A stretch of 64,000 nucleotides of DNA from a virus, in UHGV virus genome UHGV-1962423. One strand, 5' to 3'. The notes beneath the pieces were generated by a model. The model did no database searches, was not told where the DNA came from, and saw only the letters and a list, made by a program, of their open reading frames with translations. Position 1 is the first letter of the stretch. The number at the start of each line of letters is the position of its first letter. The position numbers and the translations under genes were made by a program. Positions 47,801-55,967 of this stretch are shown here, one piece after another.

Positions 47801-49209
47801 GTAGTCGTCGAGACACTACAGATGCGCCGTGGTCAGAATGGGCGCAAGTTTATACTGCACGAGACAGCATTCCGGGTGTCAACACCACAGGTAATCAGGA
47901 TACGACCGGAAACGCAGCTACCGCTACAAAACTTAAAACCACACGTAAAATAGGCGGGGTTAATTTTGACGGAACGGGTGATATTAACCTACCAGGTGTA
48001 AACCAGCAGGGCAACCAGAACACAACAGGTAACGCTGCGACAGCGACTAAACTCCAGACTGCCCGAAATATTGGTGGTGTGGCTTTCGATGGTACTAAAG
48101 ACATCAGTTTACCTGGGGTAAACCAAACAGGGAATCAGTCAACTACGGGGAACGCTGCTACTGCAACGAAGTTGCAGACAGCAAGAAGTATCAACAACGT
48201 ACCATTCGATGGTTCGAAAGATATTACTCTAACGCCAAGTAATATCGGTGCGGCTGCCTCCTCAATGACTTGGTTAAATACCGGGGATAATGGTGCAGCG
48301 CTTAGTACAGATTCTTTTATTACTTTGTTGCAAAATAACGGGGCTTTTAATTCCAGAACTTGGATAGCCCGATGCTCTTGGGCGTATGCTCAAAATGGCG
48401 TGATTCCAGATAGTGAAACAAAGTGCGGTACTATTCCACTTGCAGGCTCAGTTATTGAAGTTGTAAGTTTTGGGATGACCAACTACACCATTCGTATCAC
48501 AACCCCTACGACGACATCGGTTAGCGGAGCAAAAACCAACTCTGAGTTTATTTATTGCTATAATGGTAAAGATTATTCTCCAGGTTGGCGACGGCAGTAT
48601 AACACTGTTAATAAACCGTCTGCTAGTGACGTTGGCGCTCTACCAACTGGTGGCGGTACTGTCAGTGGCGATTTGACGGTTAATGGTAAACTGGTTACGA
48701 AAAATGCCGATTTTCGAATTGCTTACGGTAGTTACGGTTTCATTTTACGTAACGATGGCAATAGCACCTATTTCTTAGTAACAGCATCTGGTCAAGCTGC
48801 AACGGGTTCCTGGAATAACTTACGACCGATGTATTTTAGCAACTCTACCGGTCAAGTAACCTTCGGGCACAACGTTACTGGTAACGGGAACGGTTCGTTT
48901 AACGACGTACAGATTCGTTCTGACCGTCGTAACAAACGTAATCTGGTGAAACTGGATAATGCATTAGACCGTTTAGAACTCCTTACCGGGTATCTGTACG
49001 AAGTTCAACATCCTGACGATGGATGGAATACTTCGGTAGGCTTAATTGCCCAGGATGCATTAGTTGCGTTACCTGAATTGGTTACTGAAGACGATGACGC
49101 TATTTCTGGTGAAAAACGTTTACGTTTGAACTATAATGGTGTTATTGCGTTGTTGGTAGAGGGCATTAAAGACCTTCGTCGTGAGCTTAAGGAACTCAAG
49201 GGGAAATAA
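44893..49209 (+). CDS. long tail fibre protein with C-terminal intramolecular chaperone domain (1438 aa)
   Basis: N-terminal anchor shared with 50934 gene; Ala/Thr/Gln-rich coiled-coil; tandem TGNAATATKLQTAR.IGGV.FDGTKDI.LPGVN repeats like T4 gp12/gp34/gp37 fibre repeats; C-terminus SDRRNKRNLVKLDNALDRLELLTGYLYEV...GLIAQDALVALPELV matches the self-cleaving chaperone of endosialidase/L-shaped fibre proteins. Confidence 0.85.
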   Translation: MAKAVKKIRLHDLRPYTGDIGEGVLLFSKDEKDYKLPVREVIADIDTVRNAVADAQTAAAQSQEAATQATQAKVLAEAAKQQTDTVAATVAQQAQTVTEKATEVSTKHTEVLAAKTAVDAQAVSINEKAQAVATSEANVTQAETTVTKKAETVATQAGRVEQSLTAVNEAVASVESSKAAVEAKATQVTSDKETAENAATRSEAAAKRAEEIVAQGTVDATTTSKGVVKLNNTLTSDSVTEAATPSTVKQLNDELQLKANRHNPTFTGVVKAPTPASDSNDTSVSTTAWVRQAIAELVDSSPETLDTLSEIAAALGNDPNFATTITNQLAGKQPLSPLLTAIAAVTTAANKLPYFTGSNQVGLADFTSTARELLAKGSTADIISFLGLKTTVDKAAGAMQRSSNGADIPDKATFAKNIGLSAETYLKFNGEMPVDADINTFGPVEAFMGVWSKATSTNATVAKNFPEENAVGCLEVFKAGNYSGSQRFTVRNGNIYTRHLTAAWNGTNGPWSEWRNVAGSARTLNEQNNLNDLGGEAALGVWRNSSSTLATTALNYPEEGSFAQGVLEVLKGGNYSYTQRYTTRRGNVYVRCLQATWDASNPQWEEWRCVGHQSVSTYFEGDLDTLTSPNRYSITDKATNVPLIDGTKIIGILDVSRRFDNISVEQKFTSFGSGSKTTGRIFTRVFSGQSNGKWSEWREVFTSYSLPLVLGIGGVAAKVDPLDWQTYDFVPGQMLTTPLNTMKNIPAGMDWGTIDGNLVNILVGPSDDTGTGRSMLVWRSTVSVANYRFFAVRIAGEKGSRTITPRQMPVLNAAHTWSEKQTFSKGLAGELTGNASSATKLQTARLIGGVSFDGTKDIALPGVNAQGTQNTTGNAATATKLQTARNINGVKFDGSGDININTLVGRGRVTALAGSNKGTPGIQMYEVYNNGYPTAYGNLLHLGGATAVGEGELLIGWSGTSGAHAPVYIRSRRDTTDAPWSEWAQVYTARDSIPGVNTTGNQDTTGNAATATKLKTTRKIGGVNFDGTGDINLPGVNQQGNQNTTGNAATATKLQTARNIGGVAFDGTKDISLPGVNQTGNQSTTGNAATATKLQTARSINNVPFDGSKDITLTPSNIGAAASSMTWLNTGDNGAALSTDSFITLLQNNGAFNSRTWIARCSWAYAQNGVIPDSETKCGTIPLAGSVIEVVSFGMTNYTIRITTPTTTSVSGAKTNSEFIYCYNGKDYSPGWRRQYNTVNKPSASDVGALPTGGGTVSGDLTVNGKLVTKNADFRIAYGSYGFILRNDGNSTYFLVTASGQAATGSWNNLRPMYFSNSTGQVTFGHNVTGNGNGSFNDVQIRSDRRNKRNLVKLDNALDRLELLTGYLYEVQHPDDGWNTSVGLIAQDALVALPELVTEDDDAISGEKRLRLNYNGVIALLVEGIKDLRRELKELKGK
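47385..48240 (+). repeat. tandem in-frame coding repeats of the fibre motif
   Basis: At least five copies of the ~25-50 aa unit; nucleotide copies differ at synonymous positions. Confidence 0.7.
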
Positions 49210-49212
49210 AGG

Positions 49213-49755
49213 ATGGCAGTTGTTGAAGTTCCAGGTTATATCGGTTCTTCTGCAAAGGAAGTTACTGGCGAAGAGATGATGTCTGAAGCGATGACCGAAC
49301 TCGGCGTTGTCGTACCAGGGATGATGTCTGAAATGGCAGGTCTGTCAATGGGTTGCTATGTAACGTTTGAGGAGTGGACTACCGTTGAAGATGGCCTTGA
49401 TGTTCGATGGATCGGTGCGTCTACTTCCGAGTGGACAGACGGCTACGGCAAACCGGTCGTTAAAGGAAAAATATCCGGGGCGAAGATGTTTGGTTTGAAT
49501 GTCGAAGCGGAGCTGATCGGAATGCACTATAAAAAGCATCCGCGATTCCCTTGGTCAGTCGAACTAAAATGTCGCTGCGAAAAAGGTAGCAATTTCAGTT
49601 ATACGTTAGACGGTGTAAGCGGTTCTGTATCGAGTGATGGTACCGGTACAACCGGAATGCAAATTCGTACATTCAAATTTAACAATTTCAGTGCAGCATT
49701 TAAGGAAAAGATAGAGCAAGTTGGTGTCAAGATGCCAACATCACGTAAATATTAA
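49213..49755 (+). CDS. hypothetical protein downstream of tail fibre, paralog 1 (180 aa)
   Basis: MAVVEVPGYIGSSAKEVTGEEMMSE...MGC; paralogous N-terminus to 49812 gene (MAV....G..GSSAK.ETGE..MS.A...LG...P.MMS.M.G.SMGC). Confidence 0.7.
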   Translation: MAVVEVPGYIGSSAKEVTGEEMMSEAMTELGVVVPGMMSEMAGLSMGCYVTFEEWTTVEDGLDVRWIGASTSEWTDGYGKPVVKGKISGAKMFGLNVEAELIGMHYKKHPRFPWSVELKCRCEKGSNFSYTLDGVSGSVSSDGTGTTGMQIRTFKFNNFSAAFKEKIEQVGVKMPTSRKY

Positions 49756-49799
49756 AAGAGTAGCGTAGGGGTGACCTCCCCCCTACGCGAATCTTAACA

Positions 49800-49809
49800 G
49801 GGGGGGGGG
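49800..49809. repeat. G10 homopolymer tract immediately upstream of start codon 49812
   Basis: Ten consecutive G directly read in sequence, 2 nt before the ATG; preceded by hairpin gcgtagggg...cccctacgc at 49763-49788. Confidence 0.9.
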
Positions 49810-49811
49810 TA

Positions 49812-50315
49812 ATGGCGGTTAACTCGGGTTGGGTCGGTTCTTCGGCTAAGAGCGAAACGGGCGAACAGTGGATGAGCGCTGCGGGTGCCAAATTGGGATT
49901 GGGTAAACCTTTTATGATGAGTCAAATGGTGGGACGATCTATGGGCTGTAAAATTTCAACTGCTGCATATAGTGATTCTTTAGGTAAGAAATGGGGTGCT
50001 GTGGGATCAAGTTGGCCATTAACTCAGAAAAATCAGGGAACCATTCAAAACGCGGGTAACTGCGGGGTGGGAACTTTAGTAGGTATAGAGTTACAATTAA
50101 CGACGGTAGTTGCCAACGCAACGCCTACTCTAGCGGTCTATTTACAAGGCGGCAGGGCCTCTAACATCACTGCAAATCTAGGCGGTAACACTTGTGCGCT
50201 GACCTATCAGCAGGTTATTAATGGCCAACATTATTACTGGACCAATAACATTAGTGCCGCGTTCCAAAACGTGATGAAATCGACCGGTACACTAAGAGAT
50301 TTCAAAATTAGTTAA
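49812..50315 (+). CDS. hypothetical protein downstream of tail fibre, paralog 2 (167 aa)
   Basis: Paralog of 49213 gene; start codon directly after the G10 tract. Confidence 0.65.
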   Translation: MAVNSGWVGSSAKSETGEQWMSAAGAKLGLGKPFMMSQMVGRSMGCKISTAAYSDSLGKKWGAVGSSWPLTQKNQGTIQNAGNCGVGTLVGIELQLTTVVANATPTLAVYLQGGRASNITANLGGNTCALTYQQVINGQHYYWTNNISAAFQNVMKSTGTLRDFKIS

Positions 50316-50352
50316 TTATTTTTCAAACGAATGTGTTTGAAAACGTAATCGA

Positions 50353-50362
50353 GGGGGGGGGG
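50353..50362. repeat. second G10 homopolymer tract in intergenic region
   Basis: Ten consecutive G, 55 nt upstream of GTG 50418. Confidence 0.9.
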
Positions 50363-50417
50363 TGAAGTGTTTTTAGCCAACATTTTATGTCTCCCCAACC
50401 GTAGGAGGTAAATATAC

Positions 50418-50930
50418 GTGGAACAATTCACGCCAGATTTGTCGTTAACTTCACTTAACATGGTTATTTCACTGGTTAACCATGACCTCCAACTTGACTT
50501 GCAAGAGAATGAGGTCGAAGTCAGTGACGTAAAGACCAGTGACGAAATGGAACGTGACACCACTGCTGTTGTAAAGATAAAACGTTCTGGTAACAGAACG
50601 TTACAAATCTACTACAACCGTTTAACTGCAGAGCGGTGGTTAAACCGACAACCTGTACTTGTAAAAGTAACAGGCGAAGGGTTTAATGCGCACGATCTAA
50701 TCGAATCCATCAACACCGTTTGTGGTGCTAACTTACAAACCGACGATTTAACCGACCAGTCGTTCACGGTGGGTAAAGACGCGGTAATATTTAGCATCGC
50801 TCCGAGTTCCCTCGGCTACAAAGGTCAGTTCTCCGTGGTGGTTTTCGGTCCAGATGAAACACCGTGTGGTATCGGTGACGATTCTGTCGTGCTAACGTTT
50901 GACAATAAAATCTTAACCTTTGGAGAGTAA
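50418..50930 (+). CDS. small protein paired with downstream receptor-binding protein, module B (170 aa)
   Basis: GTG start with AGGAGG RBS; paralog of 44124..44687. Confidence 0.7.
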   Translation: MEQFTPDLSLTSLNMVISLVNHDLQLDLQENEVEVSDVKTSDEMERDTTAVVKIKRSGNRTLQIYYNRLTAERWLNRQPVLVKVTGEGFNAHDLIESINTVCGANLQTDDLTDQSFTVGKDAVIFSIAPSSLGYKGQFSVVVFGPDETPCGIGDDSVVLTFDNKILTFGE

Positions 50931-50933
50931 TAG

Positions 50934-53066
50934 ATGAGTCAGCCAATTGGAAAGAAGCGTATTCATGAGCTGGAAACATTTGAAGGTGAATTAGCAGGAG
51001 TCGTTCTGCTGATGTCCAAAGACGACAAAGAATATAAACTTGACGCATCTCGTTTACAAAACGATAAGCTGTATCTAGCTTGCGGTACACCTTTTCCTAA
51101 ACTAGTATTCCAAAACGATAAAACACTTTACAATATTAATCCGTACAGTGACTACGACACTTATGAAGTTTCTGCAAATAAAGGTCGGGTATCTAAAGTT
51201 ACTCGTGCCACATTTAGCGTGATGGCTGGGTCTTTATCGGTTGGCGAGAAAATACAACTTACAGTTACGCGCAATGGCGTACCATTTCAATTTGAAGTTA
51301 CCGTATCGGGACCGCGTATCACTACTCCCACTTGGACACTTCCAGTTAATGGCGGTAAATTGAGCGTAACGCCAACCTTTGAAGTAACTGACTATCAAGC
51401 CTATCCATATACCAACACCGGTAATCAACAGACCGCTGCCAGTTGGGAAATTTCCACTAGTGAAGATTTCTCAACTACAGTTTTCCAATCACTGAACGAC
51501 ACCGTCAACAAAACAACCATCAGTATCCCAGAAGGTAAGTTAGAACCAGGTCAAACTTACTACGCACGTGTTCGCTTCCATAACGCAGTAACCGAAAGTG
51601 ATTGGTCCGTTGTTCAATTCTCAGTCGGCGAAGCATTTATTCAGCGTCCTGCACTGATCGAACCCACCGTAGACATGGTGTTAAGCGCATCGAATATTAC
51701 ACTTAAAACTGATGTTTTTAAATGGGTCGGTGACGAACCTGCGGAGACCCACGTATCGACTGACTGGCAGGTTACTTACGGTAGCAACGATTTTGACGAA
51801 ATGAATAATCTCGTTAACCAATTAGAAGATGCGATTAACCTGACGTCGCTTAAATTACCGTCTGATCGGGTTTACGTTAATAACAGTTATCGTGCACGCG
51901 TGCGTTTTCGTGGTGAGAGAAGCGTCAGTGATTGGTCTGAACCTTTAACGTTCCGTGTAAGTCGCGGGAACGTACCAACAAGTGAATTCCAGTCAATTTC
52001 TGCTTCTGGATTTACAGGTAATTCAATCGGTGCTGAGTTGGCATGTACTGACGACGGTTTGCTGTTTGCTGCTACTGGCGTTGCACAGAAAGCGAAATTC
52101 TTACATATCTTTAAGAAAGACTTCCCGTCTTACAACAAAGTTGCCTCTTTAACAGCTGCTACTGAGGTTGACGCAGACAGAGATGGTCGCTGTCCGGTCA
52201 GTATGTCAGCCGACGGTAAGATTATTGTTGTCGGTGTTAGCGCATCTAAAGCTAACGAAGACCACGGCGAAGTTATCGTTTACCGTAACCCAGATAACGC
52301 TGAGTGGAGTACAATCAACGGAATAACTTTAGCGGGATTACCCACAGAAGGGTTCCATGGCCTTGCAGTAAAACTGTCAAAAGACGGCAATCGTTTGATT
52401 GTGGGTAACGGTACGAAAGTGCTGTCTATGTATTCCAATACCGATCAATTTGCTACACGTACGGCTGTGTCGCCGACACTAAGTGCCGAAGACGCCACTT
52501 GTGGTGGTATTGGTAGCATTGCAATGTCTGAAGACGGTAACGGTTTAGTGCTTGGCGAAACTAACGGAACGAAATTCCACGTACTGGCTTGGGAATCGGA
52601 TAGTTGGGTGACTAAGGCATCTATTACACCAAAAGACTTGACTGAGAAAGCAACGATTAAAGTCGCTGCTTCTTCTGACTTGTCTACGATTCTTGTTTCT
52701 GTAGTTGAGACACACAAATACTACGTTTACAAGAAAACCGGTGATAGTTGGTCTCTGTTCCAAACCTTGGATTATACCGAACTGGATTACTCCATTACTT
52801 CTACCCGTTACCCGACGGGAGACATTAATGTTGCGCCTTCCGGAAGCTGGTTAATTTTCGGTATGGTGGGTTCGTTGGGTTCTATTTTCGAATTTCGTAA
52901 TAGTACCTACCAACGACAAAATAGCATTTACGGCAGTAGTCTTAGCGATCCTGAGAATTACCACTTCTATACGTCACAAGCCATCAGTGCACAAAACGAT
53001 TTGTTCGTCGGTGCTGATGTTAAAGAAAGTGCTTCGTACTTCCCACAAATCAAAGTTTACATGTAA
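50934..53066 (+). CDS. second receptor-binding protein (tail fibre/spike) with shared N-terminal anchor (710 aa)
   Basis: N-terminus KKRIHELETFEGELAGVVLLMSKDDKEYKL parallels KKIRLHDLRPYTGDIGEGVLLFSKDEKDYKL of the 1438-aa fibre; central Ig/FN3-like stretches; C-terminal repeated ..DG..IVVG.. units suggestive of a beta-propeller (inference). Confidence 0.6.
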   Translation: MSQPIGKKRIHELETFEGELAGVVLLMSKDDKEYKLDASRLQNDKLYLACGTPFPKLVFQNDKTLYNINPYSDYDTYEVSANKGRVSKVTRATFSVMAGSLSVGEKIQLTVTRNGVPFQFEVTVSGPRITTPTWTLPVNGGKLSVTPTFEVTDYQAYPYTNTGNQQTAASWEISTSEDFSTTVFQSLNDTVNKTTISIPEGKLEPGQTYYARVRFHNAVTESDWSVVQFSVGEAFIQRPALIEPTVDMVLSASNITLKTDVFKWVGDEPAETHVSTDWQVTYGSNDFDEMNNLVNQLEDAINLTSLKLPSDRVYVNNSYRARVRFRGERSVSDWSEPLTFRVSRGNVPTSEFQSISASGFTGNSIGAELACTDDGLLFAATGVAQKAKFLHIFKKDFPSYNKVASLTAATEVDADRDGRCPVSMSADGKIIVVGVSASKANEDHGEVIVYRNPDNAEWSTINGITLAGLPTEGFHGLAVKLSKDGNRLIVGNGTKVLSMYSNTDQFATRTAVSPTLSAEDATCGGIGSIAMSEDGNGLVLGETNGTKFHVLAWESDSWVTKASITPKDLTEKATIKVAASSDLSTILVSVVETHKYYVYKKTGDSWSLFQTLDYTELDYSITSTRYPTGDINVAPSGSWLIFGMVGSLGSIFEFRNSTYQRQNSIYGSSLSDPENYHFYTSQAISAQNDLFVGADVKESASYFPQIKVYM

Positions 53067-53075
53067 GGAAACGCG

Positions 53076-53636
53076 ATGAAATATGCTTATTTAAAAGACG
53101 GTAATGTGATCGACTGGAATGTTACCGAAGACATGATTGCTTTGCGTGGCCACACTGTAGATATTTATACGCCTGTAGTAGAATCTGCTAAACCGGTTGT
53201 TAACCCTGATTGTTATATCGTGTTCGAAACAACACCAAAACTGGTAAAAGGCAAGCTGGTTCAACAGTGGGTGACTGAAGTGCTGCCTAAAGAAACGGTA
53301 GTACGTAACCAGAAGGCACGTTTAGCGGAAATTCGTTATGCGAAAGAAACTGCCGGGATTACGTTTAAAGACCAAACTATTCCTACGACACGTGATGTAC
53401 GTTATCAGTTAATTCAGTCTAAACACGTTGATTCTACGCAACCTATTAACTGGAAGCTAGGCGATACGTGGCTAAGTCTTACTCAGGAAGACATTGATGC
53501 GCTGCTGGTTGCAATCGCAACTTATGTTGAGAAATGCTACGCGGCAGAACGCACAGTCTCCGAGAAAATCACTAAGGTGAAAGCACCTGAAAAACTGGAT
53601 GTAGAAACCTTATTTAACGACGCTTTCGCAGCGTAA
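53076..53636 (+). CDS. hypothetical protein, possible fibre assembly or accessory factor (186 aa)
   Basis: Immediately downstream of the second receptor-binding gene; role inferred from position only. Confidence 0.6.
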   Translation: MKYAYLKDGNVIDWNVTEDMIALRGHTVDIYTPVVESAKPVVNPDCYIVFETTPKLVKGKLVQQWVTEVLPKETVVRNQKARLAEIRYAKETAGITFKDQTIPTTRDVRYQLIQSKHVDSTQPINWKLGDTWLSLTQEDIDALLVAIATYVEKCYAAERTVSEKITKVKAPEKLDVETLFNDAFAA

Positions 53637-53640
53637 CACG

Positions 53641-53683
53641 GTAGCAGGGGCTAAGCCCCTGCTACCTTTTTCTTTATTTTTTC
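53641..53683 (+). terminator. rho-independent terminator
   Basis: gtagcagggg-ctaa-gcccctgctac followed by ctttttctttatttttt. Confidence 0.8.
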
Positions 53684-53728
53684 TCAGATATATATTACCT
53701 AGAGGAGAGTGAAATTTACATTCACTCC
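53683..53728 (+). promoter_or_regulatory. conserved promoter-like box CTCAGATATATATTACCTAGAGGAGAG plus hairpin
   Basis: Box plus hairpin gagtgaa-atttaca-ttcactc; about 30 nt upstream of ATG 53757. Confidence 0.6.
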
Positions 53729-53756
53729 ATTAGTTATAGCCGAAAAGGAGGATTAG

Positions 53757-54608
53757 ATGTATCACCCGTATTATCTCCCGCACATTCTAGCAAATAGAGA
53801 CCCTGGTTATTACTACGAACAAACAAAAGGATCTTTTAATCGGCTCTACATTCGCGAATTTAATACTGATGAAATGACCGATGACCAGTATCTGGAGTAT
53901 CTAAAAGACCTCTACGGTTTTTCAAAATCGAATAAAGGTGGCTTTGGACGTTCCGCAGTTATTAGAGTTGGTGAATATCGTCATTTGGCTAAGCCCGTTA
54001 CGTATCCTATTGTTACACGCGCTTATACATCGGATAGGCAATATATTGCTGAACTAAAATTTCCTTTACGGATAGACGGGCCACAAATTAGCGCTATAGA
54101 AGTAGAAATTCAACCAATTGCTGAAGACTATATTGAAGTCTACTTCAAGAAAGCTAAAGAGGTACTCGAGGAGGGTTTAAGCTACTATGAAGAAGGAACG
54201 ATTTGTCTTCTTTCGTTACTCACGAAGGCTTATGTCACAGCAAATTTCCGTATCTCCGACTCCAGTGACTATAACACATTTACCCCCTCTAAGGCAAAAC
54301 CTGTTTATTGGGACGATCAGTTAGTCGACAGACAACGCTGGCTTACTATCTTAGATAAAGTAAAATTCGAACCCCCTAAACACACTGAAGACAACTTTAT
54401 TCTATCCCACAACTTCGAACCGATCTATATTCCGACGCATTTTGAGCAAGCCTTACGTCATCGATTGAAGTATGTGTTGGAATTACGGTACGGGAAGATA
54501 AATGGGCTAACTTGTTCTGGTGAATTGAGTGAAGAAGAACGCGAGAAGATAAAAATCGTGTTTGATAAGTTGGTTGAAGATTACATTAAGAAGGAAGGAC
54601 AGTTATGA
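53757..54608 (+). CDS. hypothetical protein (283 aa)
   Basis: AAAGGAGG RBS; first gene after promoter box. Confidence 0.8.
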   Translation: MYHPYYLPHILANRDPGYYYEQTKGSFNRLYIREFNTDEMTDDQYLEYLKDLYGFSKSNKGGFGRSAVIRVGEYRHLAKPVTYPIVTRAYTSDRQYIAELKFPLRIDGPQISAIEVEIQPIAEDYIEVYFKKAKEVLEEGLSYYEEGTICLLSLLTKAYVTANFRISDSSDYNTFTPSKAKPVYWDDQLVDRQRWLTILDKVKFEPPKHTEDNFILSHNFEPIYIPTHFEQALRHRLKYVLELRYGKINGLTCSGELSEEEREKIKIVFDKLVEDYIKKEGQL

Positions 54609-55048
54609 AACCAAATACTACTAACGGCATTATGTTACTTTGTGATTCTGAAACGTTAGCAAACCGTATTCGTGGTTTGATGCAAGTACGTTGGCAGCAA
54701 AAGGTTCGCGTGGATTATGCTGCTCCGTTTGTTCACGTTAGTTGGTTGCCAGAAGCTAACGATTTCAAAGAAAATATCACCACGAAAAGAATTAAAAATT
54801 GGTTAATGGCAATCATTAACAAACAGATTACCGTTATCAATTTCCAGTTGTTCGGTAGTAAAGAGGAACATGATACCTTAAAACGCTGTTTAAGGGGATT
54901 GGATCTTGCCTTTTCTGTTCGTGGAAATTGTTACACAGCGTTCTTCATCGGTTCTCTCGAGTTATTTCAGGGAACATTAAACATTCAACTAAAAGAAGAT
55001 TACGGGATTGTAAATAAGATTGATTTCGAATTCCCAGCAATGATTTAA
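54605..55048 (+). CDS. hypothetical protein (147 aa)
   Basis: ATGA coupling. Confidence 0.7.
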   Translation: MKPNTTNGIMLLCDSETLANRIRGLMQVRWQQKVRVDYAAPFVHVSWLPEANDFKENITTKRIKNWLMAIINKQITVINFQLFGSKEEHDTLKRCLRGLDLAFSVRGNCYTAFFIGSLELFQGTLNIQLKEDYGIVNKIDFEFPAMI

Positions 55049-55059
55049 GGAGTAGTAGC

Positions 55060-55887
55060 ATGTTACAGTTCGAACTCACCGAAGAAAGAAAAGTCGTTAA
55101 CGAGTTTAAAATTTCCCCTATCCCTACCGAAAAACAAATTAAAGAAATCGCTGAGTTACAAAATAAGTACAGCTTTTACTATAAAGTTAAATCGGAAACA
55201 TTTAATATTTTCTGGACCGAAGACGAGGTCAATTTCCCTAACAAACTCATTAATGCGGCTCTAGATATTTTAGTACGGCCTGTTGAGACGTCTAAAGATC
55301 CAGAACAAACCACTTGTAGGTTGAAAGTCGAGCGCCCAGCGAAGGATGTTGCTTACTTCACAGACGAGATTCTACTTACCTCCAAACAGGCAGGTAAAAT
55401 TGGATCAATATTATACCTTTTTTACAGCGACAAATTCACTTATCTGGTTGAAAACAACGTACTTAAAGTGAACTATGAATATGCTAGTTATCGTGTTCTT
55501 TTAAATCAACTATTGGAAGACATAGAGGGAGAAAATGTTCTGGTATTTACAGTTGAATATATTAGCAAAGCCGATGCTGGCGAGTTTATCCGCCGCGTGA
55601 AAGATGAACTCGAAGACCGTGAATTTATGATTTATCAAAGCAAATATCTTGAAGGTAACTTGAATCTCTTGATCAGAAACGAATCATGGATTCTTAAAGT
55701 TTTGGAATCCCATGCGCAGAAAATTAAGAGAGGCAGTGATTGTTTTAAACAAATTTTCGAGAAATACGAAACGGAAATTAGACAACGGCTTGCATCCCAC
55801 TGGGCCGTAGATCAGGATGTGGAATACGCCCAGCTATTTGATAAGTTTTATAACGAGATGAGGAGGGTTTGGGATCTTAAACAATAG
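55060..55887 (+). CDS. hypothetical protein (275 aa)
   Basis: AGGAG RBS. Confidence 0.75.
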   Translation: MLQFELTEERKVVNEFKISPIPTEKQIKEIAELQNKYSFYYKVKSETFNIFWTEDEVNFPNKLINAALDILVRPVETSKDPEQTTCRLKVERPAKDVAYFTDEILLTSKQAGKIGSILYLFYSDKFTYLVENNVLKVNYEYASYRVLLNQLLEDIEGENVLVFTVEYISKADAGEFIRRVKDELEDREFMIYQSKYLEGNLNLLIRNESWILKVLESHAQKIKRGSDCFKQIFEKYETEIRQRLASHWAVDQDVEYAQLFDKFYNEMRRVWDLKQ

Positions 55888-55967
55888 GCCGAAGATCATT
55901 TCCGTAAGTATTAAACAGGGGGATTTACGTCCCCTCAACACAGAGCAAACCCCTAAAGGAGCATTAA

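Noticed and set aside
47385-48240. Periodic repeats considered as a CRISPR array or non-coding tandem repeat
   Set aside because: The repeats are in-frame within a long ORF, encode a conserved fibre peptide, and have no unique spacers or leader; they are protein repeats.
49800-49809. G10 tract interpreted simply as a Shine-Dalgarno
   Set aside because: A run of ten G is far longer than any RBS and a second G10 occurs 55 nt from the next start; kept as a finding, not annotated as an RBS.
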